Source: Pristiophorus japonicus | Taxonomy: Eukaryota | Length of the DNA: 64,000 nucleotides | Reading direction: 5' to 3' | Assembly: GCF_044704955.1 (NCBI RefSeq) | Contig: NC_091979.1 | Coordinates: forward strand, 317,936,001 to 318,000,000 | Part shown: one piece after another, positions 34,888-48,580 of the stretch | Layout: the number at the start of each line of letters is the position of its first letter | How positions within the stretch are numbered: the first letter of the stretch is position 1 | Notes under the pieces: generated by a model | What the model saw: only the letters and a program-made list of their open reading frames with translations | Told to the model about the DNA's origin: nothing | The model's database searches: none | Made by a program: the position numbers and the translations under genes

Positions 34888-36264
34888 GGGCCTAAGTTTC
34901 CACACACGCCTAGAACGGCGCAGTCCCGACCTGGACGCCCGTTTTTCGCGCCACAAAGTGCGCCTAAAAAAATCCTCGGTATTCTCTACCTCCCTGCAGG
35001 TCCTCTGGCCCTCGCGCAGCGCAGCACGAGCTGTGGGGGGGCGGAGCCAGGTCCCTGCGCTGAAAACAGTGCCGGGACCTCTGCACATGCGCGCTATAGT
35101 GGGCACGCAAGTGCAGTAGCTCCAGGCGCCCGAAGCAAGCATCCCCTAGCCCTGGCCGAATGGCCTCACTGGGTCTGCGTGAATAAGGCTCCTCCCCCGG
35201 CCAGCTCCTGCTTCCCCCCCCCCCCCCCCCGCGACCAGACCCGGCACCCGCTCTCCCCCCCGCCCCCCGACCGGACCCGACCCGATCCGACCCGCGCTCC
35301 TGTTCCCCCCCACCCCCGACTGGACCCGACCCGACCCGACTCCCGCCCCCCAACCTGACCCCCCCCACCCTCCGACTGGACCCCCCCCGACTCGACTCCC
35401 ACCCCCCCCCCCAACCCGACCGGACTCCCGCTTCCGCTCCCGCTCCGCCCCCCGCCGACTGGACCCGACCCGCGCTCCTGCTCCCGCTCCCCGCCCCCCC
35501 ACCCCGACTCGACCCGACCCGATCTGACACGACTCGACTCCCGCTCCCCCCCCCGCCCCCAGACTGGATCCGACCTGACCTCCCCCTCCCCGACCTGACC
35601 TCTNNNNNNNNNNNNNNNNNNNNNNNNNNNNNNNNNNNNNNNNNNNNNNNNNNNNNNNNNNNNNNNNNNNNNNNNNNNNNNNNNNNNNNNNNNNNNNNNN
35701 NNNNNNNNNNNNNNNNNNNNNNNNNNNNNNNNNNNNNNNNNNNNNNNNNNNNNNNNNNNNNNNNNNNNNNNNNNNNNNNNNNNNNNNNNNNNNNNNNNNN
35801 NNNNNNNNNNNNNNNNTCTCTCTCACCCTCCCCCCTCTCTCTCCCCCCCTCCCCCACTCTCTCTCTCTCCCTCCCCCCCTCTCTCTCCCTCCCTCCCTAC
35901 CCCCCCTCTCTCTCCCTCCCTCCCCCCCCCGCTCTCTCTCCCTCCCTCCCTCCCCCCGACCCGACCCGAACCGAACCTCCCCGACCCGACCCAACGCCAC
36001 CTACCTGTAAATCTGGTGCTGGGGACGTGCCCTGCCCGAAGTCTCGGGCCGGCCCGTTCAGCCTTCGGTCCCGAAAGGCCTGCCTGAAGCACTTTCACAC
36101 AGGTAGGAAGATGGTTTATTTAATCTTTTCTTTGCTTATAAATGTTTATTCAGGTTGGATTTATTTGTTTAATATTTGTATAAGTATAAATAAAGATTTA
36201 TTATAGAATTTAATGACTTCCCTTCCCTCCCCCTCCCCCCCCCACCTCGTTCTGGACGCCTAAT
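34888..36264. mobile_element. GC-rich non-autonomous element with (CCGAC)n low-complexity core
   Basis: GGGCCTAAGTTTCC terminus-like start, CpG-rich. Spans the assembly gap. Confidence 0.45.
35604..35816. other. Assembly gap (213 N)
   Basis: Run of N. Confidence 1.
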
Positions 36265-36269
36265 TTGTC

Positions 36270-37185
36270 TTTACCATCCACCTCACCAGCCTATTCATTC
36301 ATCGGATCATCCTGCACCATTCCTGCCCCCTCCAGCGTGATTCCACCACCAAACACATCTTCCCCTCCCCTTTCAGCATTCCGAAGTGACCGTTCCCTCC
36401 TCAATCACCCCCAGCACTGCTCCCCTTCCCACAGCACGTCCTGTGCAAACGCAGGAGATGTAAGACCAGCCCTTTCATGTCCTCCCTTCCCACCGTTCAG
36501 GGCCCCAAGCACTCATTCCAGGCCAATCAGCGATTTACTTCTCCTTCTTTCAATTTCACAAACTATATTTGTTGCTTACGATGCGGTTTGATCTACACTG
36601 GGGACACCAAACGCAGATTGGATGAACCCTCCGCCGAACCCTTCTGTTCAGTCCACAAGCGTGACCCTGAGCTTCCGGTCACAATTAGTTATAAATCTCC
36701 CTCCCACTCCCACTCTGACCTCTCTGTCCTCGGCCTCCTACATTGTTCCAATGAAGCCCAACAGTAACTCGGGGAACAACACCTCATCTTTGGATTACCA
36801 TCTTCAGAGCCTTCCGGTCTCAACATTGAGTTGATCAATTTCACTGCTCCCACTTTTTCAAACAGGTCATGGCTCTGCTGTTGCCATTTACAGCTCCTCT
36901 AGAACCATCTTTTGTTTCTTTACTTGTTCCATTACCACCCCCTTTTGCCTTGCACCATCATCCCTTTTGCCATTTGATCACTCCTGCCTTCCACCTATCA
37001 CAAACCTTCCCTTTTGTTCCTTCTGGCCCTCACCCCTCCTTTCCCTGCCTCTGTACTTCCTGAAAACCATTACATCTCGAACATTTTCCAGTTCTGATGA
37101 AAGGTCACCTACCTGCAACATTTCTCTCTCCACAGATGTTGCACGATCTGCTGAGTATTTCCAGCATTTTCTGTTTTTATTTATT
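36270..37185 (+). mobile_element. Penelope-like element 3' remnant (GIY-YIG endonuclease plus terminal repeat region)
   Basis: YICCLRCGLIYTGDTKRRL...PELPV...EQHLIF, followed by CTGATGAAAGGTC...CTGCTGAGTATTTCCAGCATTTTCTGTTTTTATT. Confidence 0.8.
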
Positions 37186-38269
37186 GAACCTATCAGCTCA
37201 GATACAATCAGATAGCACAATACAAGCTTCACTACTGCATTCCAATATTTATCTATTGTTACTGTTGATCATCTGGTCCCTTTCAATTGGGATTGATTCC
37301 TAGAGATCTGATTGGTCCTTAGGAATCAAATGACCCACAACTCTGTTGTTCTTCTGCCAATACTTTGGTTGATGGGATCATGTGACCCATATCATTAATA
37401 CTGCTCTAGTGATCTGATTGGTCTGTGGGAACATGTAACCCGCGGGAGGGGACTAATTGGCCTGTTTTCTTTCAATAATGACAGACAATCTGATTCCTTG
37501 TTTAAACAGGCCCTGCTCCCACCTCGGCCTCACCAGTCAGGGCCAGAAGTGTCCCCCTCGAGGGCTTCAGGCTCATGTTCCCCGCCCTTCTTACTGTGTG
37601 AAGATGCCTTTGTACATTTAAAATGTATGAATACAGCTGCACTAAGCGGGCTGCAAAGGATCAGGAACTCAGCTCTGTGGCCTGAGGGTGGGGGAATGTC
37701 CTGGAAGTGACCACCCCCTTTACACTCACGGCCCTGATCCTGGGATTGGGGATGGTGTCAGTGCGAGGGCAGACTGCTGGTCAGGACGTGCTGCTCCAGC
37801 ACAGTTCCAGTGGCTCAGCAGTCTGACTAGACTTTCCAGTTCGAGGCGTTACCGACACTGAGATCAATTTACCATGGAGATGTCACTGAAGCATGTTGTA
37901 TAACTGCATTCCAGAGGAGTTGATGAGTGATATGGTCAGAAGGCAGAGAGAAAAGCCGTGGTGGTTAGTTATATTTAACAGTTTCAGTAAATAGTTTCAC
38001 ATTGAGAAAACAAATAGCTGGAAATTATAACACACCGAGTACTGATCTCAATCAACTCACCATTGGAGGGAAAGCTGAAGAAGGAATTTGCCGCATTTTC
38101 CATTCGATTCGCATTATGAGGTATAGATCATTGGAATTCCTTCTGTATTTAAATTTACATTCAGACGATTGAATGAGGAATTTTCTTTCAGGAATAAAAT
38201 AGCATACTCAATAGTATACAACGAAGCAGTTGAAATGCACAGAGCTGGGATAATTTGCTCACAGTGGGA

Positions 38270-38590
38270 ACATAAGAACATAAGAATTCGGAGCAGGAGT
38301 AGGCCATAGGATGCCTCGAACCTGCTCCGCCATTCAATAAGATCATGGCTGATCTTCTACCTCAACCCCATTGTCCCACTCTGTCCCCATACCCCTTGAT
38401 TCCTTTAATGTCCAAAAACTATTGATTTCAGTTTTGAATATACACAACTGCTGAGCATCCGCAGCCCTCTGGGCTCGAGAACTCGAAAGGTTCACAACCC
38501 TCTGAGTGAAGAACGTTCTTTTCATCTCAGTCCCAAATGTCCCAATCTTTTTCCTGAGACTATGACCCCTAGTTCTAGACTCTCCGGCTC
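38270..38590 (-). mobile_element. CR1 3' fragment
   Basis: SRTRGHSL...FFTQRVVNL, plus a CR1 tail. Confidence 0.9.
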
Positions 38591-38799
38591 CCCACATTCC
38601 CCCCAACCCCTGCTACCCTCTCTTGCACTCCGAGGGAAGTGGAGTGCTTGATTTATTGCTCTACTTCCCTCTTGGAGTAAATTTGGGAATTTCTCAAATG
38701 ATTGAAAAGACTAACGCCTGGCTCTAACTTTACAAACATTTTTCACTGAGCTCCCCAAACTGGACCCCAGGGGAATTTCTACCCCATTGTTCCAGAAAA

Positions 38800-39250
38800 C
38801 TGTCTCAAACGCATTTCATAAATTGTCCTCAAAACTACTTTTGCCATTTTGGGTTGCCCAGTATATCTGAAGATTAATGTCCCCACGATTATTGCATTAC
38901 TCTCGTTACATGCTCCTCTAATTTACTGATTTATACTCTGTCCAACACTGTTATGGGGCCTATAAACTACTCACACCAATATTTCTGTCCATTGCTATTT
39001 CTTCGCTTCAACCAAACTGATTCTACATCCTGATTTTCTGGGCTAAGATCCTTATTCACTGCTGTCCTTATCTCATCCTTTATTATCAGGGCTACCCCCA
39101 TCCTTTTCTATTTCAACTATCTTTCTTAAAAGGCAAGTACCCTGGAACATTTAGTTTCCAGTCTTGGTCACCCTGTAACCACGCCTCAGTACTGGCGACT
39201 AAATCACACACATTTATCTCTATGTGTGCCATTAGTTCATCTATCTTGTT
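38800..39250 (-). mobile_element. Degenerate CR1 endonuclease fragment
   Basis: Resembles 47600-48070 (GGVALIIKDE, VVYRPHN, VGDINL). Confidence 0.7.
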
Positions 39251-40508
39251 TCATGACGTCATCTCTGGATGCATCGCCCCGGTAGTGACCCATATCATTA
39301 ATACTGCTCTAGTGATCTGATTGGTCTGTGGGAACATGAAACCCATGGCCGGGGTACTAACTGGTCTGTTTTCTTTCAATAATGACAGACACTCTGATTC
39401 CTGTTTAAACAGGCCCTGCTCCCACCTCGGCCTCACCAATCAGGGCCAGAAGTGTCTCCTTCGAGGGCTTCAGGCTGTTAGTCTCATGTTCCCCGCCCTT
39501 CTTACTGTGCCTGCGGACGTGAGTGCTGGGCTGATTGCATGACACCCGCACTCCCCATTGGTCGAGGTAAGTTAAAACATTAATTCAGAGTTTGCAGCCT
39601 GGGCCCTTGCTGTTAATTCAGGGAAGAGCCCCTACAATGCAGCAGTGCCATGTGTCATAGTGCATAGTGCTGCTGAGCCGTGCGCCTCACTCACAATCTT
39701 CCCCCCATCTTGCGCTCCAAGAAGGAAGTGGACCGATTTAGTGCTCCACTGCCCTCGGAGCAAAAAGTGGGAATTTCAGAGAAGCTGGAAGAAGATAGCT
39801 CCTGGCTCTAACCTTTCCAGCTTTCCTGATTTAGCGTGTCAAACGGGACCCGAGGGGAATTTCTAACTCGCCTTTAATTTTAACTTTTTACTATTTTTCC
39901 CTGATGTGACCTTAATCACTAGAGCCCTATGACCTTTGTTAACCTCTCTCGGTTAGAAATTCATCATAGCCTAGAATGGGCGGTAGGATTAGAAAAGTTT
40001 GAGGGGTCGAAATTCGGTCGCGCCGTTTTTGAGGCGGTATCACTGTTTGAATGGAGATTTTACCACCAGGCGGCAGTTGCCGTTACCAACCGTGAAATTC
40101 AGTTTTGCTGCCTGAAAAGGGGATTGCAGGGTTAAAGCAGGTGTTGTACGCTCCCCTGGAGGTGGTAAACGGCGGTAAATGGGGTGGAAAGTGAGGCAGC
40201 AACACCCAGACGGCAATTATCATTTGTAAATGTGCCACAGACACACTCCCGCCACCTGCATTCAATTGAGGCGGTGATTGGGTGTGGCACCGCCTTGTGC
40301 GTATACTGGCTTCCTACGCACTCACTCACAGGGTGAAGATTACAGATGCAGCCGCAGCTAGCCAGCGAGCTCTCCGCTTCTCCGACACCGCTATCGATGC
40401 ACTGCTTGATACCCTGGAGAGGGGTTGAGAATTACTTCGGACAGAGGCTGGCAGCAGGCCACAACCCCAAACATTTCGAAAGCTCTGGTGGGAAGTCGCT
40501 GAAATAAT

Positions 40509-43500
40509 GTCAGTGAGTGACACGGTCCCCAGGACAGCGACCCATGTCACAAGTAGTGTCAGTGAGTGACACGGTGCCCAGGACAGTGACCCATGTCACA
40601 AGTAGTGTCAGTGAGTGACACGGTGCCCAGGACAGTGACCCATGTCACAAGTAGTGTCAGTGAGTGACACGGTGCCCAGGACAGTGACCCATGTCACAAG
40701 TAGTGTCAGTGAGTGACACGGTGCCCAGGACAGCAACCCATGTCACAAGTAGTGTCAGTGAGTGACACGGTGCCCAGGACAGTGACCCATGTCACAAGTA
40801 GTGTCAGTGAGTGACACGGTGCCCAGGACAGTGACCCATGTCACAAGTAGTGTCAGTGAGTGACACGGTGCCCAGGACAGTGACCCATGTCACAAGTAGT
40901 GTCAGTGAGTGACACGGTGCCCAGGACAGCGACCCATGTCACAAGTAGTGTCAGTGAGTGACACGGTGCCCAGGACAGCGACCCATGTCACATAGAAACA
41001 TAGAAACATAGAAAATAGGTGCAGGAGTAGGCCATTCGGCCCTTCTAGCCTGCACCACCATTCAATGAGTTCATGGCTGAACATTCAACTTCAGTACCCC
41101 ATTCCTGCTTTCTCGCCATACCCCTTGATCCCCCTAGTAGTAAGGACCTCATCTAACTCCTTTTTGAATATATTTAGTGAATTGGCCTCAACAACTTTCT
41201 GTGGTAGAGAATTCCACAGGTTCACCACTCTCTGGGTGAAGAAGTTCCTCCGCATCTCGGTCCTAAATGGCTTACCCCTTATCCTTAGACTATGACCTCT
41301 GGTTCTGGACTTCCCCAACATTTGGAACATTCTTCCTGCATCTAACCTGTCTAACCCCGTCAGAATTTTAAATGTTTCTATGAGGTCCCCTCTCATTCTT
41401 CTGAACTCCAGTGAATACAAGCCCAGTTGATCCAGTCTTTCTTGATAGGTCAGTCCCGCCATCCCGGGAATCAGTCTGGTGAACCTTCGCTGCACTCCCT
41501 CAATAGCAAGAATGTCCTTCCTCAGGTTAGGAGACCAAAACTGTACACAATACTCCAGGTGTGGCCTCACTAATGCCCTGTACAACTGTAGCAACACCTC
41601 CCTGCCCCTGTACTCAAATCCCCTTGCTATGAAGGTCAACATGCCATTTGCTTTCTTAACCGCCTGCTGTACCTGCATGCCAACCTTCAATGACTGATGT
41701 ACCATGACACCCAGGTCTCTTTGCACCTCCCCTTTTCCTAATCTGTCACCATTCAGATAATAGTCTGTCTCTCTGTTTTTACCACCAAAGTGGATAACCT
41801 CACATTTATCCACATTATACTTCATCTGCCATGCATTTGCCCACTCACCTAACCTATCCAAGTCGCTCTGCAGCCTCACAGCATCCTCCTCGCAGCTCAC
41901 ACTGCCACCCAACTTAGTGTCATCCGCAAATTTGGAGATACTACATTTAATCCCCTCATTTAAATCATTAATGTACAGTGTAAACAGCTGGGGCCCCAGC
42001 ACAAAACCTTGCGGTACCCCACTAGTCACTGCCTGCCATTCTGAAAAGTACCCATTTACTCCTACTCTTTGCTTCCTGTCTGACAACCAGTTCTCAATCC
42101 ATGTCAGCACACTACCCCCAATCCCATGTGCTCTAACTTTGCACATCAATCTCTTGTGTGGGACCTTGTCGAAAGCCTTCTGAAAGTCCATATATACCAC
42201 ATCAACTGGTTCTCCCTTGTCCACTCTACTGGAAACATCCTCAAAAAATTCCAGAAGATTTGTCAAGCATGATTTCCCTTTCACAAATCCATGCTGACTT
42301 GCACCTATCATGTCACCTCTTTCCAAATGCACTGCTATGACATCCTTAATAATTGATTCCATCATTTTACCCACTACCAATGTCAGGCTGACCGGTCTAT
42401 AATTCCCTGTTTTCTCTCTCCCTCCTTTTTTAAAAAGTGGGGTTACATTGGCTACCCTCCACTCTATAGGAACTGATCCAGAGTCAATGGAATGTTGGAA
42501 AATGACTGTCAATGCATCCACTATTTCCAAGGCCACCTCCTTAAGTACTCTGGGATGCAGTCCATCAGGCCCTGGGGATTTATCGGCCTTCAATCCCATC
42601 AATTTCCCCAACACAATTTCCCGGCTAATAAGGATTTCCCTCAGTTCCTCCTCCTTACTAGACCCCCCGACCCCTTTTATAACCGGAAGGTTGTTTGTGT
42701 CCTCCTTCATGAATACCGAACCAAAGTACTTGTTCAATTGGTCCGCCATTTCTTTGTTCCCCGTTATGACTTCCCCTGATTCTGACTGCAGGGGACCTAC
42801 GTTTGTCTTTACTAACCTTTTTCTCTTTACATATCCATAGAAACTTTTGCAATCCGTCTTAATGTTCCCTGCAAGTTTCTTTTCATACTCCATTTTCCCT
42901 GCCCTAATCAAACCCTCTGCTAAGTTCTAAATTTCTCCCAGTCCCCAGATTCGCTGCTATTTCTGGCCAATTTGTATGCCACTTCCTTGGCTTTAATACT
43001 ATCCCTGATTTCCCTTGATAGCCACGGTTGAGCCACCTTCCCTTTTTTATTTTTATGCCAGACAGGAATGTACAATTGTTGTAGTTCATCCATTCGGTCT
43101 CTAAATGTCTGCCATTGCCCATCCACAGTCAACCCCTTAAGTATCATTCGCCAATCCATCCCAGCCAATTCACGCCTCATACCTTCAAAGTTAGCCTTCT
43201 TTAAGTTCTGGACCATGGTCTCTGAATTAACTGTTTCATTCTCCATCCTAATGCAGAATTCCACCATATTATGGTCACTCTTCCCCAAGGGGCCTCGCAC
43301 AACAAGATTGCTAATTAATCCTCACTCATTACATAACACCCAGTCTAAGATGGCCTCTCCCCTAGTTGGTTCCTCGACATATTGGTCTAAAAAACCATCC
43401 CAAGTATTGTCATTGAGTGACACGGTGCCCAGGACAGTGACCCATGTCACAAGTAGTGTCAGTGAGTGACACGATGCCCAGGACAGTGACCCATGTCACA

Positions 43501-44138
43501 AGTAGTGTCAGTGAGTGACACGGTGCCCAGGACAGTGACCCATGTCACAAGTAGTGTCAGTGAGTGACACGGTGCCCAGGACAGTGACCCATGTCACAAG
43601 TAGTGTCAGTGAGTGACACGGTGCCCAGGACAGCAACCCATGTCACAAGTAGTGTCAGTGAGTGACACGGTGCCCAGGACAGTGACCCATGTCACAAGTA
43701 GTGTCAGTGAGTGACACGGTGCCCAGGACAGTGACCCATGTCACAAGTAGTGTCAGTGAGTGACACGGTGCCCAGGACAGTGACCCATGTCACAAGTAGT
43801 GTCAGTGAGTGACACGGTGCCCAGGACAGCGACCCATGTCACAAGTAGTGTCAGTGAGTGACACGGTGCCCAGGACAGCGACCCATGTCACAAGTAGTGT
43901 CAGTGAGTGACACGGTGCCCAGGACAGTGACCCATGTCACAAGTAGTGTCAGTGAGTGACACGGTGCCCAGGACAGTGACCCATGTCACAAGTAGTGTCA
44001 GTGAGTGACACGGTGCCCAGGACAGTGACCCATGTCACAAGTAATGTCAGTGAGTGACACGGTGCCCAGGACAGCGACCCATGTCACAAGTAGTGTCAGT
44101 GAGTGACACGGTGCCCAGGACAGTGACCCATGTCACAA
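40509..44138. repeat. 49-bp minisatellite (~25 copies) split by a CR1
   Basis: Unit AGTAGTGTCAGTGAGTGACACGGTGCCCAGGACAGTGACCCATGTCACA in arrays 40509-40992 and 43401-44138. Confidence 0.95.
40991..43400 (-). mobile_element. Young CR1, 5'-truncated, with open RT domain
   Basis: ORF 41091-42911 (606 aa) has all RT motifs. The upstream piece 42920-43300 is offset by a small deletion. Confidence 0.97.
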
Positions 44139-44636
44139 GAACGACATGACTCGGTTCTGAGGGTGAGTATATTTTACATTAACCTGACCATGCCACGCTC
44201 TGAGCTCAATGTGCAGTCTCTCCTCAATGTGAATGTGTCTGACCCCATGCTCTATGTGGGTGAGACCAGATACAAGGTTCCCATTTGCAGCCTCACCCAC
44301 TCCAAGGCCTGTATACACAATTAACCTTCCTACTCCCTTGTGGAGACCCACCCCTCATCCTGTTACCTCCTCAGTCTTCAGATGTATCTGGAAGATGCTA
44401 ACCTCACAGTAACTGTTAGGTCCTGGCTCCACTTCATTCAAGCATTGCCACAAGTACTCGGAGCTAATGGAAGTTACATCAAACTTTACAGAGTCTCAGA
44501 CACGAACATGTTCTGAACTATGTAAGGCACTTCAAACAGACAGATAGAAGGGCACGAATTATGACGTTCTTTTTAATCTTGCAGGCCAAGTTTGCACAGA
44601 TTGGAAGAGACCAGATGCAGAACGGAGGAGGGGATA

Positions 44637-47600
44637 TAACATAAGAATTAGGAACAGGAGTAGGCCATCTAGCCCCTCGAGCCTGCTCCGCCATTCAACA
44701 AGATCATGGCTGATCTGGCCGTGGACTCAGCTCCACTTACCCGCCCGCTCCCCGTAACCCTTAATTCCCTTATTGGTTAAAAATCTATCTATCTGTGATT
44801 TGAATACATTCAATGAGGTAGCCTCAACTGCTTCCTTGGGCAGAGAATTCCACAGATTCACAACCCTCTGGGAGAAGATATTCCTTCTCAACTCGGTTTT
44901 AAATTGGCTCCCCCGTATTTTGAGGCTGTGCCCCATAGTTCTCGTCTCCCCGACCAGTGGAAACAACCTCTCTGCCTCTATCTTGTCTATCCCTTTCATG
45001 ATTTTAAATGTTTCTATAAGATCACCCCTCATCCTTCTGAACTCCAACCAGTAAAGACCCAGTCTACTCAATCTATCATCATAAGGTAACCCCCTCATCT
45101 CTGGAATCAGCCTAGTGAATCGTCTCTGTACCCCCTCCAAAGCTAATATATCCTTCCTTAAGTAAGGTGATCAAAAATGCACGCAGTACTCCAGGTGCGG
45201 CCTCACCAATAGCCTGTACAGTTGCAGCAGGACCTCCCTGCTTTTGTACTCCATCCCTCTCGCAATGAAGGCCAACATTCCATTCGCCTTCCTGATTACC
45301 TGCTGCACCTGCAAACTAACTTTTTGGGATTCATGCACAAGGACCTCCAGGTCCCTCTGCACCGCAGCATGTTGTAATTTTTCCCCATTCAAATAATATT
45401 CCCTTTTACTGTTTTTTTTTCCAAGGTGGATGACCTTACATTTTCCGACATTGTATTCCATCTGCCAAACCTTAGCCCATTCGCTTAGCCTATCTAAATC
45501 TCTTTGCAGCCTCTCTGTGTCCTCTACACAACCCGCTTTCCCACTAATCATTGTGTCATCTGCAAATTTTGTTACACTACACTCTATCCCCTCTTCCAGG
45601 TCATCTATGTATATTGTAAACAGTTGTGGTCCCAGCACCGATCCCTGTGGCAAACCACTAACCACCGATTTCCAACCCGAAAAGGACCCAGTTATCCCGA
45701 CTCTCTGCTTTCTGCTCGCCAGCCAATTCTCGATCCATGCTAATACATTTCCTCTGACTCCGCGTACCTTTATTTTCTGCAGTAACCTTTTATGTGGCAC
45801 CTTATTGAATGCCTTTTGGAAATCTAAATATACCACATCCATCGGTATACCTCTATCCACCATGCTCGTTATATCCTCAAAGAATTTCAGGAAATTAATT
45901 AAAGATGATTTCCCCTTCATGAATCCATGTTGCGTCTGCTTGATTGCACTATTCCTATCTAGATGTCCCGCTATTTCTTCCTCAATGATAGTTTCAAGTA
46001 TTTTCCCCACTACAGATGTTAAACTAACCGGCCTATAGTTACCTGCCTTTTGCCTGCCCCCTTTTTTAAACAGAGGTGTAACATTAGCTGCTTTCCATTC
46101 CACTGATACCTCCCCAGAGTCCAGAGAATTTTGGTAGATTATAACGAATGCATCTGCTATAACTTCCGTCATCTCTTTTAATACCCTGGGATGCATTTCA
46201 TCAGGACCAGGGGACTTGTCTACCTTGAGTCCCATTAGCCTGTCCAGCACTACCCTCCTAGTGATAGAGATTGTCTCAAGGTCCTCCCTTCCCACATTCC
46301 TGTGACCAGCAATTTTTGGCATGGTTTTTGTGTCTTCCACTGTGAAGACCGAAGCAAAATAATTAGAAACATAGAAAACATAGAAACATAGAAAATAGGT
46401 GCAGGAGTAGGCCATTCGGCCCTTCTAGCCTGCACCGCCATTCAATGAGTTCATGGCTGAACATTCAACTTCAGTACCCCATTCCTGCTTTCTCACCATA
46501 CCCCTTGATTCCCCTAGTAGTAAGGACCTCATCTAACTCCTTTTTGAATATATTTAGTGAATTGGCCTCAACAACTTTCTGTGGTAGAGAATTCCACAGG
46601 TTCACCACTCTCTGGGTGAAGAAATTCCTCCTCATCTCGGTCCTAAATGGCTTCCCCCTTATCCTTAGACTGTGTCCCCTGGTTCTGGACTTCCCCAACA
46701 TTGGGAACATTCTTCCTGCATCTAACCTGTCTAACCCCGTCAGAATTTTAAACGTTTCTATGAGGTCCCCTCTTATTCTTCTGAACTCCAGTGAATACAA
46801 GCCCAGTTGATCCAGTCTTTCTTGATAGGTCAGTCCCGCCATCCCGGGAATCAGTCTGGTGAACCTTCGCTGCACTCCCTCAATAGCAAGAATGTCCTTC
46901 CTCAGGTTAGGAGACCAAAACTGTACACAATACTTCAGGTTTAAGGTCTCAGCCATTTCCACATTTCCCATTATTAAATCCTCCTTCTCATCTTCTAAGG
47001 GACCAACATTTACTTTAGTCACTCGTTTCCGTTTTATATATCTGTAAAAGCTTTTACTATCTGTTTTTATGTTTTGCGCAAATTTACTTTCGTAATCTAT
47101 CTTTCCTTTATTTATTGCCTTCTTCGTCATTCTTTGCTGTTGTTTAAAATTTTCCCAATCTTCTAGTTTCCCACTAACCTTGGCCACCTTATATGCATTG
47201 GTTTTTAATTTGATACTCTCCTTTATTTCCTTGGTTATCCATGGCTGGTTATCCCTTCTCTTACCACCCTTCTTTTTCACTGGAATATATTTTTGTTGAG
47301 CACTATGAAAGAGCTCCTTAAAAGTCCTCCATTGTTCCTCAATTGTGCCACCGTTTAGTCTGTGTTTCCAGTCTACTTTAGCCAACTCTGCCCTCATCCC
47401 ACTGTAGTCCCCTTTGTTTAAGCATAGTACACTCGTTTGAGCCACTACTTCCTCACCCTCAATCTGTATTACCAATTCAACCATACTGTGATCACTCATT
47501 CCAAGAGGATTTTTTACGAGGAGATCGTTTATTATTCCTGTCTCATTGCACAGGACCAGATCTAAGATCGCTTGCTTCCTTGTAGGTTCTGTAACATACT

Positions 47601-48580
47601 GTTCTAAGAAACAATCCCGTATGCATTCTATGAATTCTTCCTCAAAGCTTCCCCGTGCAATTTGATTTGACCAATCGATATGTAGGTTAAAATCCCCCAT
47701 GATTACTGCCGTTCCTTTTTCACATGCCTCCATTATTCCCTTGATTATTGTCTGCCCCACCATGAAGTTATTATTTGGGGGCCTATAAACTACGCCCACC
47801 AGTGACTTTTTCCCCTTACTATCTCTAATCTCCACCCACAATGAATCAACATTTTGTTCATTGGAGCCAATATCGTCTCTCACAACTACCCTGATTTCAT
47901 CTTTTATTAACAGAGCTACCCCACCTCCTTTCCCTTCTTGTCTATCTTTCCGAATTGTCAGATACCCCTGTATGTTTAATTCCCATTCTTGGCCACCCTG
48001 CAAACACGTTTCTGCAATGGCCACCAAATCATACCCATTTGTCATGATTTGTGCCGTCAACTCATTTACTTTATTTCGAATGCTGTGTGCGTTTAGGTAG
48101 AGTGTTTTACTACTAGTTCTTAAACCATGATTTTTAGTTTTGACCCCTCCTGCAGCCCCTTTATATTCATACATATTGTCCCTTCCTATCACCTTGTGGT
48201 TTACACTTACCCCAGTGCTACTCTGCTCTGTTGCCTCCTGTCTTTTGCATTCTTTCTTGGGATCCTGTTCATCTGAGCTCTCACACATTCTAACTAGCTC
48301 AGAGCCCTCTCCTGTGTTCCGAATACTCCTCGCATTGAGGCACTGAGCTTTCATGCTTGCCTTTTTATTACACTTTGACCCTTTAGAATTTTGCTGTACA
48401 GTGGCCCTTTTTGTTTTTTGCCTTGGGTTTCTCTGCCCTCCACTTTTACTCATCTCCTTTCTGTCCTTTGCTTTTGTCTCCTTTTTGTTTCTCTCTGTCT
48501 CCCTGCATTGGTTCCCATCCCCCTGCCATATTAGTTTAAGTCCTCCCCAACAGCACTAGCAGACACTCCCCCTCGGACGT
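44637..48580 (-). mobile_element. Long CR1 (ORF1 end, EN, RT) interrupted by a younger CR1
   Basis: EN in ORF 46471-48453 (GDFN, SDH), RT in ORF 45171-46415, and a CR1 tail at ~44640. Confidence 0.93.
46366..46938 (-). mobile_element. Young CR1 3' fragment nested in the older CR1
   Basis: Near-identical to 40995-41555; it splits the host peptide ETLN/NYFA. Confidence 0.93.

Noticed and set aside
40509-44138. CRISPR-like regular arrays (also 14202-15360 and 62803-63903)
   Set aside because: Units are contiguous with no unique spacers, there are no cas genes, and the context is eukaryotic.
46471-48453. 660-aa EN plus C-terminal fusion ORF as a novel gene
   Set aside because: Chance in-frame junction of nested CR1s; it lacks the RT core.
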